Source of the DNA: Mobula hypostoma
Taxonomy: Eukaryota
Reading direction: 5' to 3'
Assembly (NCBI RefSeq): GCF_963921235.1
Contig: NC_086097.1
Location: 91,266,001-91,330,000 of the forward strand
Length of the DNA stretch: 64,000 nt
How positions within the stretch are numbered: position 1 is the stretch's first letter; each line of letters starts with the position of its first letter. A model generated the notes under the pieces. That model made no database searches. It saw only the letters and a program-made list of their open reading frames with translations, and was not told the origin of the DNA. The position numbers and the translations under genes were made by a program. Shown piece by piece: positions 36,565-49,300 of this stretch.

Positions 36565-38165
36565 CATAGAAACATAGAAACATGGAAAATAGGTGCAGGA
36601 GTAGGCCATTCGGCCCTTCGAGCCTGCACCACCATTTATTATGATCATGGCTGATCCTCCAACTCAGAACCCCGCCCCAGCCTTCCCTTCATACCCCCTG
36701 ACCCCCGTAGCCACAAGGGCCATATCTAACTCCCTCTTAAATATAGCCAATGAACTGGCCTCAACTGTTTCCTGTCCACAGATTCACCACTCTCTGTGTG
36801 AAGAAGTTTTTCCTAATCTCGGTCCTAAAAGGCTTCCCCTCTATCCTCAAACTGTGGCCCCTCGTTCTGGACTTCACCAACATCGGGAACAATCTTCCTG
36901 CATCTAGCCTGTCCAATCCCTTTAGGATCTTATACGTTTCAATCAGATCCCCCCTCAATCTTCTAAATTCCAACGAGTACAAGCCCAGTTCATCCAGTCT
37001 TTCTTCATATGAAAGTCCTGCCATCCCAAGAATCAATCTGGTGAACCTTCTTTGTACTCCCTCTATGGCAAGGATGTCTTTCCTCAGATTAGGGGACCAA
37101 AACTGCACACAATACTCCAGGTGTGGTCTCACCAAGGCCTTGTACAACTGCAATAGTACCTCCCTGCTCCTGTACTCGAATCCTCTCGCTATAAATGCCA
37201 GCATACCATTCGCCTTTTTCACCGCCTGCTGTACCTGCATGCCCACTTTTAATGACTGGTGTATAATGACACCCAGGTCTCGTTGCACCTCCCCCTTTCC
37301 TAATCGGCCACCATTCAGATAATAATCTGTTTTCCTATTTTTGCCACCAAAGTGGATAACTTCACATTTATCCACATTAAATTGGATCTGCCATGAATTT
37401 GCCCACTCACCCAACCTATCCAAGTCACCCTGCATCCTCTTAGCATCCTCCTCACAGCTAACACTGCCACCCAGCTTCGTGTCATCCGCAAACTTGGAGT
37501 TGCTGCATTTAATTCCCTCATCCAAGTCATTAATATATATTGTAAACAACTGGGGTCCCAGCACTGAGCCTTGCGGTGCCCCACTAGTCACCGCCTGCCA
37601 TTCTGAAAAGGTCCTGTTTATTCCCACTCTTTGCTTCCTGTCTGCTAACCAATTCTCCACCCACACCAATACCTTACCCCCAATACCGTGTGCTTTAAGT
37701 TTGCACACTAATCTCCTGTGTGGGACCTTGTCAAAAGCCTTTTGAAAATCCAAATATACCACATCCACTGGTTCTCCCCTATCCACTCTACTAGTTACAT
37801 CCTCAAAAAATTCTATGAGATTCGTCAGACATGATTTTCCTTTCACAAATCCATGCTGACTTTGTCCGATCATTTCACCGCTTTCCAAATGTGCTGTTAT
37901 CACATCCTTGATAACTGACTCCAGCAGTTTCCCCACCACCGACATTAGGCTAACCGGTCTATAATTCCCCGGTTTCTCTCTCCCTCCTTTTTTAAAAAGT
38001 GGAGTTACATTAGCCACCCTTCAATCCTCAGGAACTAGTCCAGAATCTAACGAGTTTTGAAAAATTATCACCAACGCATCCACCACCTCCCGGGCTACCT
38101 CCCCAAGCACTCTAGGATGCAGACCATCTGACCCTGGGAATTTATCTGCCTTCAATCCCTTCAAT
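36565..38165 (-). mobile_element. Young 5'-truncated CR1 LINE
   Basis: (TTTCTATG)n tail; uninterrupted 418-aa RT frame. Confidence 0.95.
36761..38017 (-). pseudogene. CR1 ORF2 reverse transcriptase fragment (418 aa open; no endonuclease or promoter)
   Basis: NYRPVSL, QHGF, YLDFQKAFDKV, PQGSVLGP, FADD. The frame continues upstream past a TGA at 38021-38023. Confidence 0.9.
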
Positions 38166-40236
38166 TGGCATTGGTGGAGGTATTTTCTGCCTTGAAGCAA
38201 ATCATGGTGAATAAATCTCTTGCAGATATCCCACCCTGCAAAAACTCATTTCAGGTAGGTAGCACCACCACCCCATCCCCCGCAACCCCATATCACCCCC
38301 CCATAGACGTCCAAGGGTGTATGTATACAGGACATTTGATTATGAAGGAACACAACAATTTATTTGATCACATATTGAAACTATTTACACGCACACACAT
38401 ATATTCCTTGTTGAGTATTTTGTTGGCAGTCTCAAAGCTAATAGCTAAATGCTAGTACAAATACAGTAGCTTTTCTATTTCTTTTGCAAACTTTTCTTGT
38501 ATTGTGATATGGCTTGCTTGGCAGATTTAAGCATTTTGCCGGAAGTCTCAACCTCATAGCAGTCTGTGTCAATGAATTTGTTAATTTTGCGAGACATCAG
38601 ATTCACAAGATTCACAATTATATTATATTATCATGGAGTAGTTTTCTCCCTCTCCCTCTCCATTGTATATAATTTGTGGGCATCAGGGAGCTGCATCAGT
38701 ATGTGGGAGACTTCTGGGAGAAGTGGAATGTCTGCTTTTGGATCTGACGAGGTGTTCCCTCTGACCCTGTTGGAGGCTAGTGCAGAAATTGCAAGGGCCC
38801 TAGCAGAGATAATTAAAATGTCCTTAGCCATGAGTGAAGAGCCAGAGGACTGGAGGATATCTAACATTTTTCCTTTAAGAAAGGTTAAACTGGGAAATTA
38901 TAAAATGATGAACCTGACATCAGTTATGGGAAAGTTATTGGAGGGTTTTCTAAGGGACCAGATGTATAAGTACTTGGATGGACAAGGACTGATTAGGGAT
39001 GGTCAGCATGGCTTCGTGCATGGTAGGTCATGTCTAATTAATCTTGTAGAGTTTTTTGAGGAAGCTACCACGAAAATTGATAGAAGGCAAGGCAGTGGAT
39101 GTTGTCAACATTGATTTTAGTAAATCTTTTGATAAGGTCACATGGAGGAGTCTAGTCAAGAAGGTTCAGTTGGTTACCATTCAGGATGAGGTAGTAAATT
39201 GGATGAGATATTGACTTCACAGGAGAAGGCAGAGTACAGTTGTATATGTTTGCCTCTCCGACGGGAGGCCTGTGCCCAGTGGTGTTCTGCAGGGATCATT
39301 GCTGGGTCTATTTCTCATCACAATCAATGACCTGGATGATAACGTAGTAAATTGGATTAGCATATATGTGGATGGCACCAATGTTGGGATAGTGAACAGC
39401 AAGGAAGGCTATCAAAGCTTGATGTGGATCTGGACCAGCTGGAAAATGAGCTGAAAAAATTGGCAGATGAAATTTAATGCAGGCAAGTGTGAGGTTTGCA
39501 CTTTGGAAGGACAAATCAGGGTAGGACTTGCACAGTGAATGGTAGGGCAATGAGGAGTGGGGTAGGACAGAGGGATCTGAAAATAGAGATTCATCATTCC
39601 TTGAAGGTGGCATCATAGGTAGATAGGATAGTAAAGAAAGCTTTTGTCACATTTTGGTTTCCTTAAGGGAAAATCTTGCCTGACGATATTGTTGGAATTC
39701 CTTGAGGAGATTACACATAGGATAGATAAAGAGGATGCAGTGGATGTTGTACATTTGGACTTTCAGAAGGCCTTTGGTAAGCAGCCTCATGCGTGGCACC
39801 TTGTCAACTTAAGAGCCCATGGTATTACAGAAAAGTTATTAACATGGTTAGAGCATTGGCTGATTGGTAGGAGGCGGTGAGTGGGAATAAAGGGATCCTT
39901 GTCTGGTTGGCTGACAGTGACTGGTAGTATACCACAGGAGTCAGTGTTGGGCCTGCATTTTATACCGTATATCAATGATTTAGATGATGGAATAGATGGC
40001 TTTGCTGTCAAGTTTGCAAATGATATGAAGATTAGTGGAGGGGCAGGTTGAGGAAGGACTTGGACAGATTAGGAGAATAGGCAAGAAAGTGGCAATTGAA
40101 ATACAATGTTGCAAAATACATCGTCATGCACTTTGGAAGTAGAAATAAATGTGCAGACTATTTTCTAAACAGGGAGAAAATCCAAGAATATGAGATACAG
40201 AGGGACTTGGGAGTCCTTGTGCAGAATACCCTAAAG

Positions 40237-41365
40237 CAGGGGTGGCCAAACTTTTACATTCCATGCGTCAAGTTTTCACGCACTAGTTCAGATGCGCCAT
40301 ACAACTCTTGTACCCCCATTCAATTCTTGTAAATATATGTTAATATAGACATATTTAGCATTTTTACATGATATATTGATTTAATATAAAAACAAGATAA
40401 ACATTACTTAAACACGAGGAATTCTGCAGATGCTGGAAATTCAAGCAATACACATCAAAGTTGCTGGTGAACGCAGCAGGCCAGGCAGCATCTCTAGGAA
40501 GAGGCACAGTCGACATTTCAGGCGGAGACCCTTCGTCAGGACTAATTGAAGGAGGAGCTAGTAAGAGATTTAAAAGTGGGAGGGGGAGGGGGAGATCCAA
40601 AATGATAGGAGAAGACAGGAGGGGGAGGGATGGAGCCAAGAGCTGGACAGGTGATAGGCAAAAGGGATATGAGAGGATCATGGGACAGGAGGCCCAGGGA
40701 GAAGGAAAAGGGGGAGGGGGGAAAACCCAGAGGATGGGCAAGGGGTATAGTCAGAGGGACAGAGGGAGAAAAAGGAGAGAGAGAGAAAGAATGTGTGTAT
40801 ATAAATAAATAACGGATGGGGTACGAGGGGGAGGTGGGGCATTAGCGGAAGTTAAAGAAGTCAATGTTCATGCCATCAGGTTGGAGGCTACCCAGACAGA
40901 ATATAAGGTATTGTTCCTCCAACCTGAGTGTGGCTTCATCTTTACGGTAGAGGAGGCCGTGGATAGACATGTCAGAATGGGAATGGGATGTGGAATTAAA
41001 ATGTGTGGCCACTGGGAGATCCTGCTCCCAAAGTCCTTCTTTCCTAGTTTAACTCATTGAACATTTTTTTAAATTGAAAACAGATTAATGTGAAAGAAGA
41101 TAACATTCGCCAAAAGATGTGCACGAAATAATAAAATCGCTAAAAATAATTACTAAGTTTTAGATTTATTCTCTGTAAAACCCATTTCTATCTCTAATCT
41201 ACTTGAATTCCTGTTATAGATTTTTTTTCTACAAATCGGTTTTTGGTTAATACTTTTTGCACGAGTGGGCTTACCTTTTTATTATTATCACTGGGGTGCA
41301 ATGCACCACTTCTAATCATCCAATGTGCCACTTTTGCCGCATGCGCTGTAGGTTGGCCATCCCTG
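40237..41365. mobile_element. Non-autonomous hAT element
   Basis: TIRs CAGGGGTGGCCAAACT / AGGTTGGCCATCCCTG; exact 8-bp TSD CCCTAAAG. Confidence 0.93.
40410..41026 (-). mobile_element. Penelope-like 3' fragment with hammerhead motif (40508-40543), nested in the hAT element
   Basis: AGUC CUGACGA AGGGUCUCCGCCU GAAA UGUC GACU; upstream sequence reads like a GIY-YIG C-terminus (RLEEQYLIFCLGSLQPDGMNIDF). Confidence 0.85.
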
Positions 41366-42754
41366 CCCTAAAGGTTAACTTGCAGGTGGAATCGGTGGTG
41401 AAGAAGGCAAATGCCATGTTAGCATTCATTTCAAGAGGTCTTGAATACAAGAGCAGGGATGTGATGTTGAAGTTTTATAAGGCGTTAGTGAGGCCTCACC
41501 TTGAGAATTGTGAACAGTTTTGGGCTCCTCATCTAAGAAATGATGTGATGGCATTGGAGAGGATCCAGAGGCAGTTCACAAGGTTGCTTCCAGGAATGAA
41601 AGGGTTACCATACAAGGAACGTTTGATGGCTCTGGGTCTGTACTTACTGGAATTCAGAAGGATGAAGAGGGTATCTCATTGAAACCATTTGAATGTTGAA
41701 AGGCCTAGACAGTAGAAGCGTAAAGGATATTTCCCCTGGTGGGGGAGTCTAGGATAAGAGGGCACAGCTTCAGGATAGAAGAAGGACTTGAATTGATTAG
41801 GAGAATAAGCAAGAAAGTGGCAATTAAAATACAATGTTGGAAAATGCATGGTCATGCAATTTGGAAGTAGAAATAAATGTGCAGACTATTTTCAAAACGA
41901 AGATGTGCAGAAATTTCTTTAGCCAGAAGATGATGCATTTATGGAATTTGTTACCACATGCAGCTGTGGAGGCCTGGTCATTAGGTGTATTTAAGACAGA
42001 GATTGATAGGTTCTTGATTGGAAGACAGCATCAAAGGTTTCTGGGAGAAGGCCGAGGAATGGGGTTGAGGAGAGGGAAAAGGGATCAGTTATGACTGAAT
42101 GGCGGAGCAGACTCAATGGCCAAATGGTCTAATTCTGCTCCTATGTCTTAGTGTCTTATTTGTCTCCATAATTCGAAGTATTGAGTACAGGAGTTGTGGT
42201 GTTAAGTTGAAATTGTATAAGACATTGACAAGGCCTAATTTGGAGTATTGTGTGCAGTTTTGGTCACCGAGCCCCAGGAAAGATGTCAATAAGATTGAAA
42301 GACCACAGAGCAAATTTTCAAGCATGTTGCCTGGACTCGAGTTGTAAGGAAAGGTGAAATAGGTTTGGACTTTATTCTCTAGAGTGTAGGAGATTGAGGC
42401 GAGATTTAATAGAGGTATACAAAACTATGAGGGGTATAGATGGGGTAAAAGTAAGCACATTTTTTTCCATTGAGGTTGGGTGAGACTTGAGCTAGAGGTC
42501 ATGGGTTAAGGGTTAAAAGTGAAAATTTTTACAATGAAACATGAAGGGAAACTTCCTCATTCAGGTGGTGGTGAGAATGTGCTAGTGTAAGTGATGGATG
42601 CAAATTTGATTTAGTAGAAATTTGGACCGGTACATGGATGGGAGGGATATGGTCCGGGTGCAGATCAATGGGACTAGACAGATTAGTAGTTCGGCATTGT
42701 CTAGATGAGCCAAAAGTCCTTTTTATGTGTGGTATTGTTCTATGGCTCTATAGT

Positions 42755-43490
42755 GGGGACAATGGAATTGGAAAATAGTGGGAGCAGAAATATTGGGAGA
42801 ATATGGAAAATGCAACATAATAAGGGAGTGAGAGCATTAGAAATGGAAGAAAGTGGAAATGAGAATCTGGGGGCTCCAGAATTGGAAATATTGGGGGAGA
42901 TTAGGGAGAGAATGGAAAAAGTGACTTTGGTAAAGTGTGGGAACAGGAATAATGGGAGAAATTGAGAGCAGGAACAAGGGGGGAGAGTATGAACAGAAAC
43001 TTTGGGGGAAAAATTGAAGCAAGGGAAATTAAAGAAGAATGGAAGAAAAATGTAGAGAGAGGCTACCAAAAGATTGAAAATAAATGGGAGTTTGAACATT
43101 GAGTGAGTGTTGGAGCAGAAACTTTGTTAAAGAGTTGAATAAGGAAATTCCAGAAAGAGTATGAGTAGGAACATTGGGAGAGAGTGAGTAGGAATTTTAG
43201 GAAAGAGTGAATCCAAGAGCAATGGGTGAGACTGGACACTACTATATTGGGAGTGTTTGAAAGTGGAAAGAGAATAGGAATTAGAGTATAATGAATGATT
43301 AGAAGCATGGTCATTGAGATAGTTTGGAAACAGTTACATTGCAGAATCATGGAACTGGGAACTTTAGGCAAGACTGGAACCAGGAATATTGGGAAAGATT
43401 AGAAATAATAACATCAGACAAAGTGGTGAAAGTTACATTAAGGAAGGCTGACACAAACAATTGAGGGATTATGGCATAGAGTGGGAGCAG
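42755..43490. repeat. Purine-rich low-complexity degenerate repeat
   Basis: Recurrent GGAA(C/T)ATTGGGAGA-like units with a strong G+A strand skew. Confidence 0.7.
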
Positions 43491-43744
43491 TTTGTTTTAT
43501 TAATTTTCAGGGTGTGAACATAATCATCATCATCACTCATGTTGTTATTACCATTTCCCAACTGCCTTAAGAAGGTGAGATCTTCCAGTGCACTCATCCT
43601 GGTAAAGTATTTCTTCAGTAAAGTTATAAGAAATTGCAGGGTTTAAATGCAACAACAGTGAAGGAATTAGGTGTATATTTCCAAGTCAGGATGGTGTGTG
43701 ACTTGGAGACCAATCTGATGCCCTTGGTTTAGGGTCATAGTCCG

Positions 43745-44450
43745 TGTCATAGGATTGTTCAGTGTAGAATTCGGCTCTCTTCATCCATACCAGTCATGCT
43801 GCCAATTCATGCTAATCACATTTGCCTACATTGGATCTGAATCTTTCTACTCATTTCCTATCAACTACCTATCCAAATGCCTTTTAGACACTAATTTATG
43901 ACCTGTACCTTCTGTGTGGAAAACCTGCCCTATAGATTGCTTTTACATTACTCCCCTCTCAACTTAGATTAAGCACCCCTTTTGTTTTAGACTGGTTCAT
44001 TCTTGGGAAAGACACTGTCTATGTTCTTCATAATTTTATAAACCTCTAAAAAGTCACCCCTCAGCTGCCTACATTCTAGTTAGAATAAATCCAGCTCTTT
44101 ATTCCAGCAACATCCTGGCAAATCTCTCCTGCACTCTTTCTAAAGCTACCATGTCCTTCCTGTCAAGTGGTGACCAGAACCGTACACAGCCCACGATGAC
44201 CAGTGTTCTGTAAAGCTACAATATGGCGTCAAAACTCAATTGCTCAGCCTATGAAAGCAAGCATTCCAAATGCTTTCTTGACTCTCCTATTTATATGTTA
44301 CAATTTTTCAGGGAGCTATAGGCTTGCAGTCCAATGCCCTTCAGTATTGGCATAGAAAGAGTTTACAGCCATTGCCTTTTTCCCTTAGCAGCAATGACTA
44401 ATATAATAGGGCACAATTTTAAGGTGATTGGAGGAAAGTATAGGGACGAT
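43745..44450 (-). mobile_element. Old CR1 3' fragments
   Basis: Degenerate similarity to the CR1 3' regions at 19700-20035 and 36600-37250. Confidence 0.6.
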
Positions 44451-44524
44451 AATATTCTACAATATTGTTTTTGCAATAACGTTCTGGGGCTGGAATGATT
44501 GATGGGGAATAACCACAAACATGC

Positions 44525-44715
44525 AAGTAGTTTGGAAAATCTGTAGCTTGGGTGGTCAATGGTTGAGTTGTTCTCCGATCTTGGCAATTTGCTTGCAATT
44601 GTTTTGCCACAATTCAAGGAGACATCATCACCAGTTAACAGCATGCTGATGATGTCTCCTCGTATGGGATGAGACATATGCAAGTAAATTGCCAAGATCG
44701 GAGAACAACTCAACC
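44525..44715. mobile_element. Inverted (head-to-head) Penelope-like terminus of a second family
   Basis: Inverted arms 44561-44630 and 44647-44715; CTGATGA at 44646; flanks TAACCACAAACATGC / TAACCACAAGTATGC. Confidence 0.7.
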
Positions 44716-45624
44716 TAACCACAAGTATGCGTAGAGAATGATCCTTGCAATTGCGGAGTTATCATCTTGATTCACATTTCGATTCTACTGATGTTCCTTA
44801 ATGCCACACTCAATAACTGATAGCTTGATGTCAAGAGCAGTCATGCTGATTTTGCATCTTGGAATTCAGCACTTGTGTTTGGGCCAAAACTGGAATTAGC
44901 ACTGATAAGGAGTTTGTTGTTGATTAAATGCTATTGGAGGGAATTGTTGACAAGCCCTACCATGACTTTCCCGATAATTGGTTGAAGTTAATAAATTTCA
45001 CGACATATGCCATAATAAACCTGATTCTGAAACTGAAGAAGCGATGATAAGGCATATTTGGGAATGCCCTGCTTTTTGTTGACAGTACATAACAGGGCAA
45101 TTCTCCACATTGAGGTAGATGCCAGTGTTTGTTTAGCTATTCTGGAGTACAGTTCTCTAGCATCTGAGACAGGTGATTATATAGTTGCTCAACCTCTGCC
45201 CTGTCCAATTCTCAGTCATTTTTCACCTCGGGTATTCAACAGTTAATTTCAAAAGCTGCTGCACCACATTAAACTATTTGGTCTCGCCATATCAGAGATA
45301 TTGCCTTTGATCAACCCATCACCCCCCCCCCCACAAGTCATACCTCCTTTCCCGCCCAACCTCACCAAGCCCCCAGATGAACAGTGGAGTACAACTGAAA
45401 GCAACCATTTCTGTCACTGGTTCTGTTGAGCTGCTGACGCAGCAAAAGCAGGAAATGAGGAGAACACCCTGGAATATTTTCACAACAACATTACATCCTG
45501 TAGTGTCACCATCTCCAAACATGTCAATTATAAAAATGAACTGTGTGGTGAGATCAGCTTGGAAAATGTCGACATCTGGATGATACACTGCAGTTCAATA
45601 CCCTACCCATTTCATAGCTTATCT

Positions 45625-46070
45625 TGACACAGAAGAAGGCCATTCATCCCTTGTTGACTCTTAGCAAAGCAATTTCATCAATGTTATCCTGTCTCTCCTT
45701 ATTCCCCTGTACCCATGCAAATTACTCTCTCCCACATACCCGTCAATTCCCTTTTGTTTCTTCTGTGATCTTTACTAATTTGCAGTGGTCCATTAATTTA
45801 CCAGCATACAACAGGAATTCTGCAGATGCTGGAAATTCAAGCAACACACGTCAAAGTTGTTGGTGAACGCAGCAGGCCAGGCAGCATTTCTAGGAAGAGG
45901 TACAGTCGATGTTTCAGGCCGAGACCCTTCGTCCTGATGATATCTGAGTTGTGGAGGGAGCTGAAAACGCACAGGGCAAGCCCATGCAGTCACAGGGAGA
46001 ATACATAACCTTCATGCAGACAATACACAACACCAGGAAAGAACTCGCGTCACTGAAGCTCCACACCATG
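45625..46070 (-). mobile_element. HE1-like SINE interrupted by a Penelope-like terminus (45808-45935)
   Basis: V-domain remnant split by the AACAGGAATTCTGCAGATGCTGG...GAGACCCTTCGTC block. Confidence 0.65.
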
Positions 46071-46348
46071 CTCTCATAGCAACATAAGCCTAAAGGGAAA
46101 ATGCAGGAGCAAGCCGCTTAATCCTTGAGTCTGTTCGAGCTTTCAGTGAGATCATGGCTCATCTTGGCCTCAGCTCCACTCCCAGCCTGCTCACTGTCAC
46201 CCTTGATTTCTCTGCACACCAAACAACCGCCTGATTACAACAACTCTGCTTCAACAGCTCCCTGGAGCAGGTCTTTCCAAATATTTACAACCTTTAGAGA
46301 AGACCCCCTCTTCCCTATTGCCAGCACAAACAAGCTTCTCTTTAATGC

Positions 46349-46573
46349 AAACAACAGGAATTCTGCAGATGCTGGAAATTCAAGCAACACACATCAAAGT
46401 TGCTGGTGAACGCAGCAGGCCAAGCAGCATCTATAGGAAGAGGCGCAGTCGACGTTTCAGGCCGAGACCCTTCGTCAAGACAAAGGGTCTCGGCCCGAAG
46501 CGTCGACTGCGCCTCTTCCTATAGATGCTGCTTGGCCTGCTGCGTTCACCAGCAACTTTGATGTGTGTTGCTT
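46349..46573. mobile_element. Inverted (hairpin) Penelope-like terminus insertion
   Basis: 95-bp inverted arms 46382-46476 and 46479-46573 (3 mismatches); 15-bp direct repeat GCTTCTCTTTAATGC at both flanks. Confidence 0.92.
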
Positions 46574-48364
46574 CTCTTTAATGCTCTGTTTTTGCATTCT
46601 CTTCCAGCACTAATGGTATCAGTTTTTTACTTGAGCTTTCTTTGCCTTTCAGAGCATATAAATAAGCATCAGCTGTCCAGTGATCCCTGCCCCCCAAACA
46701 CAGGAATTATCCCTTAAAGTCTCAGCTGCATTAATGGAAACACGTTTGTATGAGTTTGCCTTCATTCCTGCAGTGTAAGTGGAACATCGGGAATAGTATG
46801 CTTGTACTGGAGATTTGAGCAGATTATAGAGTTACTGGTTAAATTCATTATATGACTGTTCCCCCCCCCCACCCCCCACATAACACACTGGAGCTAACTG
46901 CTTTATTTAATTAGGGGTTTCTGTAATGTTGAAACAATTGATGAAACATGGATTAATTGCCTGTCTGTCAATGCAAATACAAGGTGTTAAGTTTAACCTT
47001 CATCCATTAACTTTAATAAGGTTAGTAAGGAATAGCTTAGTCAGCAATTGAGCTCAGAAAGTGATGACATATGTCACAAAAATGAGTTCTCTACCATGGT
47101 GCAAGATGACACAGTTCCTACAGCAGGGAGATAGAGAAGATACAGAGACCAATATAAAAATAGTACGATTCTGCCAGTCATTCATACCCTTTAACTCTAC
47201 TTCCTACCCAGTTCCCAAGCAAATGATCAGGCTGGCCAGCAGGCACACTGACTGTAGAACCCTCCAGGGCAGCCTCTGGACAAAATCCAGCAATCAGGAG
47301 AGGGGAGAGAGGTACTGATCAGGAAAGGGTTACAAGACCTCAGCAGGATGTTCGAGAAAGTTCAAGGGTGAATTGAGGTGAGTGGTTGGTATGTGAGGGA
47401 GGGGCAAATGGTCTGTGGAGAGCAGATCAGAGGCTGAAGTGTTCCTGGAGGGTACTTCCCTCCTCCTGACCAGTAGCGAGAGATGGAACGGACCTTGAAC
47501 CACAAGGCATAGGATAGTCTTAATGTAGGCAAAGGAGCAAAAAAAGGTTGGTATGCATGTGGAGGACCAAAGAGCATGTTTCTGTGCTGGACAAATCTAT
47601 GGTTCTATCAGACAAGTGATACCCTCCTCCCTCTTCCTACCTGCTATCTGGATGTAGCTGTAGCCAATTTTAAACCTAGCTCCCCACACACCCACCATGG
47701 AGATGATTATCATTGAATTAAGTGAGTTTGTTCCCTTATTTACTGTAGTGTAAATTAACATAGGTAAATTGAGCTAGATGTGGCTGAACTGTTCCTTTGC
47801 ATTCTGTCTATATGGAACTTGCAATAGAGCCGGCACTGAGCCATACATGAGTTGTACATCCTGACCCAGCTGTGCAATATCATAACCCAAATGTAAATTT
47901 CCAGAAGCTGACATTCACTTCTCAGTAAGTCCTCCTACAGTTTTGCTCAGACTAGAAACACCTTTGTTCTCTGTCACACTTTCCCTGTCAGCATAGATGT
48001 GTCATTTAGTTTTTTTTAAAAGCTTTATAGTGGGAGATCTGTAATTATTCATGTCTTAATATTTTCAAATTACATCAAAAGTCACTAAGCACATAGATTG
48101 TGACATCCACAATCACAAACTATTTTAATTTAAGGAGCTTCCTCAGGAGACACAGTGGTTCTGGATGTTCATCCTTGTAAGGAAGTAAGACATTTCACTA
48201 ACTCCTGACTTCTGCTGGTACTATAAGAGGAATGTTAAGTGGCTGTCCATTCTCATGCTATCAGCCATGATCTTATTAAATGGTGGAGCAGGATTGATGG
48301 GCCGGACCAACACATCACAGGCGAATGAAGTTAATCGTTGATCTTCAGTTCTTATTACAGAAGA

Positions 48365-49300
48365 TCAAGGATTAACTTTATTCGCCATGTACATTTACGT
48401 GCATCAGGAATTTGCTGTAATGTGTTGGTCAGGGTGTGACATGCAACAAAAACACAACATTCAACAATAGTACTAAATAAAATTCTGGCAGATGGGGCTC
48501 ATCAGCCATGGTTGCCAGCTCACCCAGGAGAAGAAAAGTGCTGATCTCAAACCTGCCCTGCCTTGTGGTTATACCAACTCAGGGGGAAGGCTTCGAGAGT
48601 AAGCCCCAAGGGCGAAATTCGGAGCTGGACTCCCTCAGACAGTCCTACTTGGAACTCAATGCTGACTGGCAACTCCTGCAATGCCACTGGTGCCAAACAG
48701 CATTGGTCTCTGCTCTTCCTTTGGATCCATCAGCTGCATAGAGAGGGGGAGCCTGATGCATAGCCAACAGCTGGCTCTTCATATCGTACTGCCCTGGCTT
48801 GCGTATCATGTAAACAGCTGGGATGCAATATCCCTGGCCGACCTCGACCAACGGAGGGAGAATAAAGAATTATATAAAAATAAAGTTATGGTAAAGTACG
48901 GATGTGGAATAAAATGAGCATAGATACATAAATACCAACATGCATTTACAATGCAAGCAACATTATAAAAAGAGATTTAAAGTATCTACAGTTTATGCAG
49001 TGATGGGAGTAATAGGCAGAGGAGGTGGGGGTAAACTAGAATGGTTGATCAGATTAACTGATCTGAAGGATGAAACTGTTAAGATGGTATGAAGTTTTTG
49101 TTTTAATATCCCTGCAGTGCTTTCCTGAAGAGAGCTTTTAGAAAAGGCAGTTTGCAGGTTAGGCGGTGTCCACACTGATATTTTTTCTGCCTGCTTCTCT
49201 GTACTAGCCACATACAAGTCCTGTAGTGATGGTGGATTGCAGTATTAGCATGGAAGTTGTAATCAGTCAGAATGTTACAGTGAATAAAAATTTTAAAAAA
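48365..49300 (-). mobile_element. Rex1-type LINE 3' fragment interrupted by an RTE-like element (48486-48858)
   Basis: TTTATTCGCCATGTACATTTAC tail; the 3' UTR resumes at about 48860. Confidence 0.6.
48486..48858 (+). mobile_element. RTE-like non-autonomous element, 5'-truncated
   Basis: Homologous to 60200-60583 (GGCAGATGGGGCTCATCAGCC...ATCGTACTGCCCTGGCTTGCGTA). The RTE assignment is an inference. Confidence 0.75.

Larger units (their letters stand above)
38735..42730 (+). mobile_element. Nested older CR1 LINE RT and 3' fragments (at least two copies)
   Basis: QHGFVHGRSCL, LDFQKAF, LVRPHLE and LTRPNLEYCVQFW motifs; two separate 3' tails. Confidence 0.85.

Noticed and set aside
36761..38017. 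Functional reverse transcriptase gene
   Set aside because: 5'-truncated CR1 with an upstream in-frame stop, and no endonuclease or promoter.
45376..45600. Possible host exon after CCCCCAG (DEQWSTTESNHFCHWFC...)
   Set aside because: In-frame TGA, no recognisable protein family and no convincing donor site; a selenocysteine reading is unsupported.
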